Sequence record: NC_049340.1
DNA: 64,000 nucleotides
Strand: one strand, 5' to 3'
This document shows, in pieces, positions 1-8,602 of this stretch. The notes beneath the pieces are model-generated. The model made no database searches and was not told where the DNA came from. It worked only from the letters and a program-made list of their open reading frames with translations. Within the stretch, counting starts at the first letter, position 1, and every line of letters starts with the position of its first letter. The translations under genes and the position numbers were made by a program.

Positions 1-1
1 G

Positions 2-1021
2 GATATTTCGACAAAAGCAACTGAATTAAATACTAAATTAGAAGAGGCTAAGAAAACTGTTATTGATGGTGTTAAGTCTAGTGAAAAGGTTAAGACTGCT
101 GTTAATGCATTTAAAACCGAGCAGGAAAAGATACCAACATTAGAAAGTGAATTATCTGAGTTAAATACAAAGTTAACAACAGAGAATAGTGTACTAACTG
201 GTATTCGTAATGAGTTAAGTGTTGCATCTGATATTGAGGATAAATTAACCAAACAGAAAGAAGACCTACAAGAAATTAAAGATGGTATTCAGAAACTAGA
301 AAATACTTTGGAAAATCACAAAGGCGATTTAAAGAAGTCTAGATTTAATGTTGAACATAGAAAAGAAATTGATGATAAGCGTGAGTTAAGGAGGATTCAG
401 AAAGAAGATTTAGATAAACTTAATAACCAAATTGAAGCTAGTGGTAGAGAGTTATTATTGGTTGAAAATAGTATTCAGAATACGGATAAGGCAATCAATT
501 CCGCAAGAAATTATAAGTTGGTTGATGGTTCGTTGAAGCTATATAAGAGGATGCTTGGTACAAATGGATTACCACAGTACATTTTCGCACACATAATTCC
601 TATATTTAACAAGAACCTAAATGAATTATTAGAGGATGTTGATTTTAGATTAGAATTTAATGTGGATGATTTAGTATTATATTTCCATGACCTAAAGAAA
701 AAGAGTGTACGTCCTGTAATGTTTATTAGTGGTATGGAATCATCCTTTGCAGGTCTTGCATTAATTGATGTGATGAGGCGATTAAATAACGCTAAAACAA
801 CAAAGGAAATATTCATTGATGAGATTAGTGGACAGATTAATAGCGGTAAGGATGTTACATATGAAGCCAAGAACTACCAACAACTATTAATAAAGTTCTT
901 GAATAAGATTTCTAGACACTCGAATGTTTATATCATTGACCATGTATTAACATTTCCTAATGCTAGAATATTAGAAGTTCAACCAACATCAAAAGGTTCG
1001 GTAGTAAAAATCTTAGATTAG
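2..1021 (+). CDS. SbcC/Rad50/T4 gp46-like recombination exonuclease ATPase subunit (5'-truncated by the window edge)
   Basis: Frame is open from base 2. A coiled coil is followed by an ABC signature-like ISGME, Walker B IFIDE, D-loop and H-loop YIIDH. Confidence 0.85.
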   Translation, partial: DISTKATELNTKLEEAKKTVIDGVKSSEKVKTAVNAFKTEQEKIPTLESELSELNTKLTTENSVLTGIRNELSVASDIEDKLTKQKEDLQEIKDGIQKLENTLENHKGDLKKSRFNVEHRKEIDDKRELRRIQKEDLDKLNNQIEASGRELLLVENSIQNTDKAINSARNYKLVDGSLKLYKRMLGTNGLPQYIFAHIIPIFNKNLNELLEDVDFRLEFNVDDLVLYFHDLKKKSVRPVMFISGMESSFAGLALIDVMRRLNNAKTTKEIFIDEISGQINSGKDVTYEAKNYQQLLIKFLNKISRHSNVYIIDHVLTFPNARILEVQPTSKGSVVKILD

Positions 1022-1031
1022 TTTTGTATAA

Positions 1032-1058
1032 GTGCGCAAGGTTTTATATCTTGCGCAC
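1032..1058. other. Intergenic inverted repeat (hairpin)
   Basis: gtgcgcaag-N9-cttgcgcac directly after the SbcC stop codon; no U-tract. Confidence 0.6.
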
Positions 1059-1074
1059 ATTAAACAGCATTAAT

Positions 1075-1257
1075 ATGAAATTAAGTTATATAATAAATCT
1101 AGGTCGATACGAAAATAAAGAAACTGGTAAGGCTTATAACATCAAAAAAGGTAAGAATAAGTTACGTGGTACTGACCACATTTTCTATTTATATAGAGGT
1201 TCTAGGATTTTTATTAATGATTCCGATTTTTATACAAACTATAAAAAGTTAAATTAA
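1075..1257 (+). CDS. Hypothetical protein
   Basis: ORF track; ATG at 1075 preferred as start. Confidence 0.6.
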   Translation: MKLSYIINLGRYENKETGKAYNIKKGKNKLRGTDHIFYLYRGSRIFINDSDFYTNYKKLN

Positions 1258-1258
1258 T

Positions 1259-1516
1259 ATGGCACGTAGAAAGTGGATAGGAACAATAACAAGGGATTTA
1301 AGGTCTGCTGGTAATGCAATTAGTGACTTACCACCTGAATTTATTAAAGGACAAACAGTAACTGTTTGGAAGAAACGAAGATATGAAACTGACATACATG
1401 ATAAATTATCATGGACAGGTGGGTATGAATATCATTACTCGGATGAGAATGGTAAGGGTCTTGTGAGAACACGAGATTTTCTATTAGAAGAATTTGATGA
1501 ACCTAATTTAAGATAA
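1259..1516 (+). CDS. Hypothetical protein
   Basis: 85-aa ORF tightly packed with its neighbours. Confidence 0.65.
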   Translation: MARRKWIGTITRDLRSAGNAISDLPPEFIKGQTVTVWKKRRYETDIHDKLSWTGGYEYHYSDENGKGLVRTRDFLLEEFDEPNLR

Positions 1517-1517
1517 T

Positions 1518-1994
1518 ATGGGATGTCACATATGGTTTAGTACACCGTTGGATAAACAACCAACATACGAAGAAGCAAAGGAGTTTGTTATTGGTGAATA
1601 TGCTACATTGATAGATTATACTAAGAACGAAATTGAACTATTTGGTGAAGATTTTAAACCTTATGGTATGCCTAATAGTGATGCAAAGTTTTTATTAAAA
1701 TTATTCGAACGCCAATTAAGAATGATAGAGGCTGGATACTGTAAAGAAGCTGTACTAAATAAATTTGCTGAATTTTCAGATGGTGTTTATAAGATAGAAA
1801 ATATATTATACAAAACATTAGATGGTATTCACGATGTATTTAGAGTTGGTGGATACCCATCAGATATTCTAAGAGATTATGAGCAAGTATTAACCTTTTG
1901 TAAAGGTCGTTCGGTTGACCTAACAGCAGAACAAAGAGAAACTTTAAAACAATTTTACAAAGATTACCCAAGTGGTATAATAACATTTGAATAA
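1518..1994 (+). CDS. Hypothetical protein
   Basis: 158-aa ORF with phage-typical codon usage. Confidence 0.75.
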   Translation: MGCHIWFSTPLDKQPTYEEAKEFVIGEYATLIDYTKNEIELFGEDFKPYGMPNSDAKFLLKLFERQLRMIEAGYCKEAVLNKFAEFSDGVYKIENILYKTLDGIHDVFRVGGYPSDILRDYEQVLTFCKGRSVDLTAEQRETLKQFYKDYPSGIITFE

Positions 1995-1995
1995 T

Positions 1996-2496
1996 ATGAA
2001 ACAATTACAAGAGATATTAACACATAGTGATACTGAACGTTTAAAAATGGTGTTTGGTAAAAGAACCAAAGATGTTACTGATTGGTTATTTAAAAATGAT
2101 GAGGTTGTAACAATAGTACCTACAAATAAATCAGGTGTTATTGGATATGATTGCTTTATCAAAGAAATTAACCTAAGACCAAATTCAATAGAAATTAACT
2201 ATGATATTTTAGATTCAATATTATCAGGTGATGAATTAAAATTTGGATATAACACAACAAATCAATCAACACATAACCTATCAATTGGATATAATGCATG
2301 TACAATTATGTTACCTGATAGTATTCCATTATATAAACCATATATTAATTTGGCTTGGTGTCCAATGAAAGATATAACCACATATGAACTAGCTAGATGT
2401 ATGACATTCATAAACGTACCTGTTTTTAAAACTAGTTTTGATGAACTATCTGAGGAATGTAAAAGGCACTTTAAAATTGTTGGTGATGGAAATTAA
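1996..2496 (+). CDS. Hypothetical protein
   Basis: ORF track 1987..2496; ATG at 1996. Confidence 0.7.
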   Translation: MKQLQEILTHSDTERLKMVFGKRTKDVTDWLFKNDEVVTIVPTNKSGVIGYDCFIKEINLRPNSIEINYDILDSILSGDELKFGYNTTNQSTHNLSIGYNACTIMLPDSIPLYKPYINLAWCPMKDITTYELARCMTFINVPVFKTSFDELSEECKRHFKIVGDGN

Positions 2497-2956
2497 GAAA
2501 TATACTATATTAGGTATGATGATTAAGTACCTAAACGAAAATGATTTTGTGATTAGACAGGAGTTAATTTATTACATCAAACACAATCACGATTGTAACA
2601 TCACAGGAACAATAGACAATTTCAGAAACTACTTCACACAAGCTGGATATTTGGAAAAGATTGGTAGAGGTAAATATAAAGTTATAAAGAAACCTAGTTA
2701 TGACTTAACAACAACACAACTTAGGAAAGAAGCATATCCTAACTATATTCCTTGGAAAGTGTTGAGTGAAATGGAAGATTTATTTACGGACTTTAGTATT
2801 GATTACACCCAAGATGTTATATTATTAAATGATTCTCATCTTAGTGTTATAATGAATCCAAAAACAAAACACAAAAGATTTTTAGGTTATAGTATAAGAA
2901 GTGTTGCAGAATCTTATGCAAGGAATAAAAATAAGACAATAAAATTTGCACAGTAA
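2486..2956 (+). CDS. Hypothetical protein
   Basis: ATG at 2486 overlaps the previous stop region. Confidence 0.7.
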   Translation: MEIKKYTILGMMIKYLNENDFVIRQELIYYIKHNHDCNITGTIDNFRNYFTQAGYLEKIGRGKYKVIKKPSYDLTTTQLRKEAYPNYIPWKVLSEMEDLFTDFSIDYTQDVILLNDSHLSVIMNPKTKHKRFLGYSIRSVAESYARNKNKTIKFAQ

Positions 2957-2976
2957 TTTTAATGTTTATATATTTG
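2945..2976 (+). promoter_or_regulatory. Bacteroidota-type sigma-A promoter
   Basis: TTTG (2945-2948), 20-nt spacer, TATATTTG (2969-2976). Confidence 0.75.
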
Positions 2977-2999
2977 TCAAACAAAAAAGAGACAGAGAT

Positions 3000-3161
3000 A
3001 TGAGCAATGAAATTTATGAATTAGCAAATCAACTAAGTGACAAAGAGGTTCAAGAAAAGTACAACAACCTACCAAACTATCAGAAACAACAAGTAGATAC
3101 TTTATTTAGGTTGGGAGATAGTTTACAACTAGCATATGTTACTGTAATAGAAATGAGTTAA
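3000..3161 (+). CDS. Small hypothetical protein
   Basis: ATG at 3000 just downstream of the promoter. Confidence 0.6.
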   Translation: MSNEIYELANQLSDKEVQEKYNNLPNYQKQQVDTLFRLGDSLQLAYVTVIEMS

Positions 3162-3187
3162 AGCACCGTAGGTGCTTTTTCTTTTTT
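3161..3187 (+). terminator. Intrinsic terminator
   Basis: aagcacc-gta-ggtgctt followed by a T-tract. Confidence 0.8.
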
Positions 3188-3266
3188 ATAATACATAGAT
3201 AAAGCACAAGTAATGTGCATAGTCAAGTAAGTACTTAAATAAATTTATAAAAACAAACATTAACTC

Positions 3267-4457
3267 ATGGGATTATTAGACCACGTAAATGAAGCATTCG
3301 GAATTATATCTGATGCTAAGAAGCCACAAGAGGGCGATAGTAAAGAATATAAAGCGTTCTTTGCAAAAAAATTAAAGAAATATGGTGTTAAGTCACCTGA
3401 TGAATTACCAGCAGATAAGAAAGATGATTTCTTTGATGAGATTGATAGAGAATGGAAATCTGATGCTGAGGGTTCAAACGAAAATTTAAACGAGGGTATT
3501 AAAATGAATAATTTAGATTGGGGTAAAACCACTGCTGAGAGAAATGCGAACCAAGATAAATATAATTCATTAAAATCAGATGCAGAAAAAGAAGCATTTT
3601 TGAAAAAGTTAAAAGGTATGAATGAATCTTTAAACGAAGCTAAGTCACCAGTAAAGGTTGATATGAAAGCTGTTGAAAAGGAAGCTAAATTTTACTTCAA
3701 TGCATTAGAGGGTGATTATAACATTGTTGTTAGTTACTTCCCTGATTTCAAAGGAAAGAATGGTGGTTATATGGCTGACTTCTTTGACCCAAAAGATAAA
3801 GACGATAATAAATTAGGTTACCAAAAGAAAAACAATTACTGGAACGTTGCAATATTTTCTAAACAAGGTAAATTAATATCTAAATTAGATTCAGTAAACG
3901 AATCTAAACGTAACCTATTATCATTTGTTAGTGAGTCATTAGATTATAATGCACGCTTAGAAGCAATGAAAAAACGTAAAAGTGATATTCAATTATCTGA
4001 GGCTAAAGATTGGGGAACATTAGAAATTTCTGATGAAAATGATTTAATCAAATTAATCAAGAAGATTGCTAAGAAGTCTAAGACATTCTTAAAGAAAATT
4101 ACCAATGTTATAAAGGATTCTAAAGCTAATAAAGTTGTTGAAGAATTATCAAATGGTTATGTTATATTAAATAGATATGGTGAAGTTTATGAAGCTGTTT
4201 GGTATAATAATGCAGTTACAATATTAAAAGATTCTGTTGTTGTTGAATCATTATCAGAGGCTGTTTTTAAATCAAATTTAACAAATGAAAATTTTATTGT
4301 ATCTGATTTGGTTAATGAAAATAAAAATAGTAAATTTGTAATAGGTCAGCCATTAAGATATGGAGGTATGGAAACTGTTGTTTGTGGAATATCAGAAAGT
4401 GGATTAACACTTGATATTGATGGTGAGAAAGTAAATATTAACCAAAAAGAATTATAG
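3267..4457 (+). CDS. Putative head-internal/prohead core-like protein
   Basis: EYKAFFAKKLKKYGVKSPDEL..KKDDFFDEID motif and many NE/ES/EA junctions typical of protease-processed head proteins. Confidence 0.5.
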   Translation: MGLLDHVNEAFGIISDAKKPQEGDSKEYKAFFAKKLKKYGVKSPDELPADKKDDFFDEIDREWKSDAEGSNENLNEGIKMNNLDWGKTTAERNANQDKYNSLKSDAEKEAFLKKLKGMNESLNEAKSPVKVDMKAVEKEAKFYFNALEGDYNIVVSYFPDFKGKNGGYMADFFDPKDKDDNKLGYQKKNNYWNVAIFSKQGKLISKLDSVNESKRNLLSFVSESLDYNARLEAMKKRKSDIQLSEAKDWGTLEISDENDLIKLIKKIAKKSKTFLKKITNVIKDSKANKVVEELSNGYVILNRYGEVYEAVWYNNAVTILKDSVVVESLSEAVFKSNLTNENFIVSDLVNENKNSKFVIGQPLRYGGMETVVCGISESGLTLDIDGEKVNINQKEL

Positions 4458-4461
4458 AGAT

Positions 4462-5571
4462 ATGTTTAAGCCAAGTAAAGAAGTTTTAGAATTAGCAAGT
4501 AAGACAAAAAAGTCTGTTGAAAATGCTAAGAATGCTGATAACATAAAAAAACAATTATTAAAAGAACGTGAAGACGTAATTGATATTTATGTTAATGATG
4601 TTGCACGACAAATAAAATCACTAGGATTTAATACTAGTGTAGAATCAGATATACCACAAGAGTATAAAAGACTAGATATATCATTCCCAAAATCAGAATT
4701 TGGTGGTGTAGTTACCTTTAAATACGAAGATGATGTAAATGCTGTGGTAAATATTGCGTTTAGTGCATATGCCAAACATAAAGTTGATTCAGAAATAGAT
4801 TTTGATTTTTTTACACAACAATCAAAATCAAATAAAGATATGGCAAAGATTGTTGAAAATTTTGCTGATGTTGTACTTAATGTATCAAAAATTTATGGCA
4901 TTGTTGACACAACATTCAATGATAAATCTTCTGTAATTTCAAAAAAACTTAAAGAAATTGACTCAGAAATTGACACACTACGTGGTGGACTTATGGATGA
5001 TGGTATTTATATTATGCAACGTGAATTGATGGAACGTGTTGCATTAGAAGTTTATAGTCATATAAAGAAAACTAAAACATTTATATTCAATCCGAAAAAA
5101 GGTACTGAATTGATGGGTGATGTTAATTCAAATAAAGGTTTTTATTTTTCAATGGATGGTCAAGCAGATACATTCGGTGAAAGATTTAGATTTGTTCAAT
5201 ATGGTGCAACTGATAGAGCATATTTAAGTGTTGTTGAAGATTTTGCAAATATTGATGGTATTCATCGTGCAGGAACGGATAAAAAATATCAACCATTATT
5301 TATTGAACGTGGTGGGTATAGTGCATCACCAATGGAAAAATTTACTGTACAGAAATTGGGTAAAAATTTCAAGGGTGTTGCTGTTGGTTCTAGTTCTGAT
5401 GATGTCGTTTCTAGTGAAATTAGTATGATTACACCAAAAAAGACAGTATCAATGAATATAACAGATGAACCAATTGATAATGTATTTATAGCTAAAGGTG
5501 GTTTACTAGGTATTCTAGCACTTTGGACTAATGAATTAGATTCATATAAAAAGTTATTTGTTAATAATTAA
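4462..5571 (+). CDS. Hypothetical protein (possibly virion-associated)
   Basis: 369-aa ORF probably co-transcribed with 3267..4457. Confidence 0.75.
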   Translation: MFKPSKEVLELASKTKKSVENAKNADNIKKQLLKEREDVIDIYVNDVARQIKSLGFNTSVESDIPQEYKRLDISFPKSEFGGVVTFKYEDDVNAVVNIAFSAYAKHKVDSEIDFDFFTQQSKSNKDMAKIVENFADVVLNVSKIYGIVDTTFNDKSSVISKKLKEIDSEIDTLRGGLMDDGIYIMQRELMERVALEVYSHIKKTKTFIFNPKKGTELMGDVNSNKGFYFSMDGQADTFGERFRFVQYGATDRAYLSVVEDFANIDGIHRAGTDKKYQPLFIERGGYSASPMEKFTVQKLGKNFKGVAVGSSSDDVVSSEISMITPKKTVSMNITDEPIDNVFIAKGGLLGILALWTNELDSYKKLFVNN

Positions 5572-5632
5572 ACAAAAAATCCGAGGAAATTCCTCGGATT
5601 TTTTGTTGTTTTAAAATAAAGTTGTATATTTG
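5571..5632 (+). promoter_or_regulatory. 37-bp palindrome (terminator-like) fused to a sigma-A promoter
   Basis: aacaaaaaatccgaggaa-a-ttcctcggattttttgtt (5571-5607); TTTG 5602-5605, 19-nt spacer, TATATTTG 5625-5632. Confidence 0.8.
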
Positions 5633-5653
5633 AACTATTAAATAGAAACAGTT

Positions 5654-5869
5654 ATGGCAAGTATTATTAAAATAAACGGCAGAAAGATAGTTGATAATCC
5701 TGATTACATTGAAGTAGATGGTGTAAGGTATGATAAGCCATGTAATGGTAGTGTTAGTATCAATAATGATAGTATATCAGTTGGTAAATTTGATTTAATA
5801 AATGGTGAATGGGTTAATCAATCGTTATTCACTAAAGCTAAGAAATATTTAAAAATAATAAAATGGTAA
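5654..5869 (+). CDS. Hypothetical protein
   Basis: 71-aa ORF after the promoter. Confidence 0.65.
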   Translation: MASIIKINGRKIVDNPDYIEVDGVRYDKPCNGSVSINNDSISVGKFDLINGEWVNQSLFTKAKKYLKIIKW

Positions 5870-6069
5870 ACGAGGCGTTAAAACAATCATTATATAATCA
5901 AGTTGTACAGATTATGAACAAAGAATGGTCTATAACAAACAACGGTGTACAAAAACAATTCGAGAAGTTTGTGGTACATTTAGAAAAAATAATGACACAT
6001 CCTAGAATTATTAATCAATTTACGCTATCTTTACAGAAGTTTAAAAAAAGATACTGGTACAGAAACTGA
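5863..6069 (+). CDS. Hypothetical protein
   Basis: 68-aa ORF with overlapping start. Confidence 0.55.
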   Translation: MVNEALKQSLYNQVVQIMNKEWSITNNGVQKQFEKFVVHLEKIMTHPRIINQFTLSLQKFKKRYWYRN

Positions 6070-6125
6070 GCATCACTTAACGAGAATTGATGAGTGATTG
6101 AAAAACAACCTAAAAACTATTAAGA

Positions 6126-6527
6126 ATGAATAAGCTAATTGCTGTATTAGAAACAACATCACCATCATATTTACATAAAATTATTGGTACTAATGGTGAT
6201 AGTGATTTATTAAGATGTTCTACAGAACCTGAACGTTTGTTTGGTGTGGCAACATCAATACCTATTCAATCATATCATGTTTATATTGTTTCTGATTGTG
6301 AAATAAAGGTTGGTGATTTATATATTAATTTTGAAGATTATTATACAGAATCAACACGAATTAAAACAGCCACACAAAAACCATCAGGACAGTATTGTTA
6401 TAAACTGTATGCAACATCAGACATTTCTGTAAAGGGTGTTAAGCAATTAGACCATTCATTCTTTGAAAAGAAGATAAACATGGATGAAGTTCGACAATGT
6501 ATGACTTCACATAACCAATTAAAATAA
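6126..6527 (+). CDS. Hypothetical protein
   Basis: 133-aa ORF. Confidence 0.7.
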   Translation: MNKLIAVLETTSPSYLHKIIGTNGDSDLLRCSTEPERLFGVATSIPIQSYHVYIVSDCEIKVGDLYINFEDYYTESTRIKTATQKPSGQYCYKLYATSDISVKGVKQLDHSFFEKKINMDEVRQCMTSHNQLK

Positions 6528-6532
6528 TAAAA

Positions 6533-6892
6533 ATGACAAGAGATTTAGAAAAACCGTACACAGAGGAAATTAATTACGAAAAAGTAAAAGGTTTTGAAAA
6601 GTGGTTAAAGGATTCATATGGAATGTCCATTAGTGGTGTTTTTAAGTTTAGTATTCAACGATTATGTAGACAAACCATACTACAGAGATTCTTTAGAGAA
6701 GTTCATAAAATACATGTTGATGTTTATAGAAGTGCTATGGGTTGGCAATGTAATTTAGAAAAGGCTGAGTGTGGTACACACATGCATATAGTATCTGATT
6801 CAAATGATGATTTGGATGGTATTGAGTACGAAGATGCACAACAACAAGGATTATTAAATATAATTGGATTAAAATGCTTGTATATTAAATAA
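6533..6892 (+). CDS. Hypothetical protein
   Basis: 119-aa ORF. Confidence 0.7.
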   Translation: MTRDLEKPYTEEINYEKVKGFEKWLKDSYGMSISGVFKFSIQRLCRQTILQRFFREVHKIHVDVYRSAMGWQCNLEKAECGTHMHIVSDSNDDLDGIEYEDAQQQGLLNIIGLKCLYIK

Positions 6893-6944
6893 GTTTTGTA
6901 TATTTGTTGTATAAATGAGAATCATTAACGATGGCGAAGCCATC
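6877..6944 (+). promoter_or_regulatory. Sigma-A promoter plus conserved GATGG..CCATC leader hairpin (copy 1)
   Basis: TATATTTG 6899-6906; gatggc-gaa-gccatc 6930-6944. Confidence 0.7.
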
Positions 6945-6962
6945 TAGTTAAAAACATTAGAC

Positions 6963-7205
6963 ATGAGTAAGACAAAAATAGTAGTAGCAAACGAGAACAC
7001 ATTATGTTATATAATTCCTCAATTACCTAATAGTTTACAGGTTTTATCACCAAGCATTATAAGGGGTTCAACAATGCAAGATTTTGGGTCATATCCAATC
7101 GAAAATTACGAAGTTCGCTTGGCTACCAGCAAAGATTTTGAAACTTACAGAGTATGTGAAAATGGTTATAGAGAAGATGTTGAAAATTACGAATATAACA
7201 GATAA
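6963..7205 (+). CDS. Hypothetical protein, paralog of 7971..8228
   Basis: Shared K(I/L)VV..E(N/H)TL.YI.P..P and (V/I)RLA...DF motifs. Confidence 0.7.
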   Translation: MSKTKIVVANENTLCYIIPQLPNSLQVLSPSIIRGSTMQDFGSYPIENYEVRLATSKDFETYRVCENGYREDVENYEYNR

Positions 7206-7410
7206 TGTACATACTTATATCAATTAGTGGTAATGACTATAGAAGAGAAGTCCTAGTAAGGTATCTAAAAGAAAATCTAAACTGGTAGACCATATTAAAG
7301 AGAATGGTTATTATTTCAGTAAGAAACTTAACCGATACATAGATGATAAAAACACTAAAGATGGTGGTAGTGGTGTTGACTATGTAATAGAACAAATAGA
7401 AGAAATTTAA
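7205..7410 (+). CDS. Hypothetical protein (apparent 1-nt deletion near 7248)
   Basis: Adding one A in the aa run joins MYILISISGNDYRRE to SPSKVSKRKSKLVDHIKENG...EEI*. Confidence 0.45.
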
Positions 7411-7437
7411 ACAATTATTAATTATAAATACATACAA

Positions 7438-7704
7438 ATGAAAAAACGTTTATTAGTTATTTTTGCAATTATTGCAATGTCATTAACATCATGTACCGAT
7501 GCTACTCGTGCTAAATGGGGTGGTTATGGTTCTGAGTTCAAAGTTGAGTTAGTTAACTGTGATGGTACAATTACACACTCATGGATTAGTAGTGGTAAAG
7601 TATTAAGTGAGCAATCAAGTGATGGTTATTACTTCAATGATAAAGAAACTGGTAGGATTATTGAAGTTACTGGAACATTAATCATATCAAAATATAAAGA
7701 CTAA
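7438..7704 (+). CDS. Predicted lipoprotein
   Basis: Signal MKKRLLVIFAIIAMSLTS followed by a lipobox Cys. Confidence 0.7.
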   Translation: MKKRLLVIFAIIAMSLTSCTDATRAKWGGYGSEFKVELVNCDGTITHSWISSGKVLSEQSSDGYYFNDKETGRIIEVTGTLIISKYKD

Positions 7705-7708
7705 ATAA

Positions 7709-7882
7709 ATATTCCCGAAATGTCCGTGAGCAATCGAAGTACAAGATTGTGAATTAACCGACAGTAGCCTAGTGCGCAATAGGTGTGTAGTAAATGTAAG
7801 GAATATATAATAACACATGCTAGTGTAGTACTTAATTATCCAAGTACTTTCGAATGCACTATTGGAATAGAATAGGTGTTAT
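7709..7882 (+). ncRNA. Candidate structured non-coding RNA (two multi-stem domains)
   Basis: Nested stems: 7709-15/7800-06, 7721-24/7760-63, 7731-35/7745-49, 7768-71/7780-83; 7810-16/7876-82, 7821-27/7855-61, 7828-33/7842-47. Confidence 0.45.
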
Positions 7883-7885
7883 TTT

Positions 7886-7946
7886 AAAAAATCCTGAACA
7901 TTTTTTGTTCAGGATTTTTCTATTTAAAATATAAGTGTTATATTTG
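7886..7946 (+). promoter_or_regulatory. Terminator-like inverted repeat plus sigma-A -7 box
   Basis: aaaaatcctgaaca-ttttt-tgttcaggattttt; TATATTTG 7939-7946. Confidence 0.7.
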
Positions 7947-8288
7947 AATAGTCAAACAAAAAGAGATAACATGAACAACAATAAAGATTTCGATTTCCGT
8001 ATTAAATTAGTAGTAATAGATGAACATACTTTAGGTTATATCTTCCCTGAATATCCTGATGAATTTCATATACTAAGTAAGAATTGTGAATCACCATATA
8101 GAAGTGGTGATAAGTATGTTATAACTCACGAAAATATTAGATTGGCATGTGAACAAGATTTCGAAAATTTCTATACAGTTTTCGATGGTTACAATAATCC
8201 TGCTAGATATATTTACGATAACAAGTAAATAAATTTGCGTGGGAACTTTAAAAGTGTTATATTTGAATAGTCAAACAAAAAGAGATAA
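7933..8288 (+). repeat. 37-bp perfect direct repeat containing promoter and leader (7933-7969 and 8252-8288)
   Basis: aagtgttatatttgaatagtcaaacaaaaagagataa occurs twice, flanking one gene. Confidence 0.9.
7971..8228 (+). CDS. Hypothetical protein, paralog of 6963..7205
   Basis: ATG at 7971 after the leader; motifs shared with 6963. Confidence 0.7.
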   Translation: MNNNKDFDFRIKLVVIDEHTLGYIFPEYPDEFHILSKNCESPYRSGDKYVITHENIRLACEQDFENFYTVFDGYNNPARYIYDNK

Positions 8289-8291
8289 ATT

Positions 8292-8519
8292 ATGTTAACA
8301 GTTGAATTAGGTAATATAGGTTGCGAAAAACAAGCAAAGAAAATCAAAGAAAAATTACAAGGTAAAACTTACTTCAATTTTGAGGTTGATTATTGTGCAT
8401 ACATGGGTAATTATCCTGTATCAGTTTCTAGTGACATTAACAATAATAATAGTGGTAACGAATACACTTTAGAAGAATTTAAATATATGTTAATGTTCGT
8501 TATGGCATGTGAAATGTAA
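8292..8519 (+). CDS. Hypothetical protein
   Basis: 75-aa ORF after the repeated promoter. Confidence 0.65.
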   Translation: MLTVELGNIGCEKQAKKIKEKLQGKTYFNFEVDYCAYMGNYPVSVSSDINNNNSGNEYTLEEFKYMLMFVMACEM

Positions 8520-8539
8520 GAATAAATAAAAAATAATTA

Positions 8540-8579
8540 AAAAATCCCATTGTTATGTCAATGGGATTTTTTATATTTG
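8540..8579 (+). promoter_or_regulatory. Inverted repeat overlapping a sigma-A promoter
   Basis: aaaaatcccattg-N6-caatgggattttt; TATATTTG 8572-8579. Confidence 0.7.
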
Positions 8580-8602
8580 TAGAGTCAAAAGATAAGAACA
8601 TT

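Noticed and set aside
7751-7800. TTAACCG ... TAAATGTA echoes SAM-II riboswitch words
   Set aside because: The SAM-II P1 pairing and pseudoknot spacing are absent. It is kept only as an unclassified RNA candidate.
7849-7855. TTCGAAT resembling a tRNA T-loop
   Set aside because: The flanks do not form a T-stem and no cloverleaf or acceptor stem can be built. I found no tRNA in the window.
8555-8602. ORF-track starts upstream of promoters (e.g. 8555, 7935, 32382, 35042, 37304, 52421)
   Set aside because: These N-terminal extensions run through the TAnnTTTG promoter boxes, so the downstream ATGs are the likely starts.
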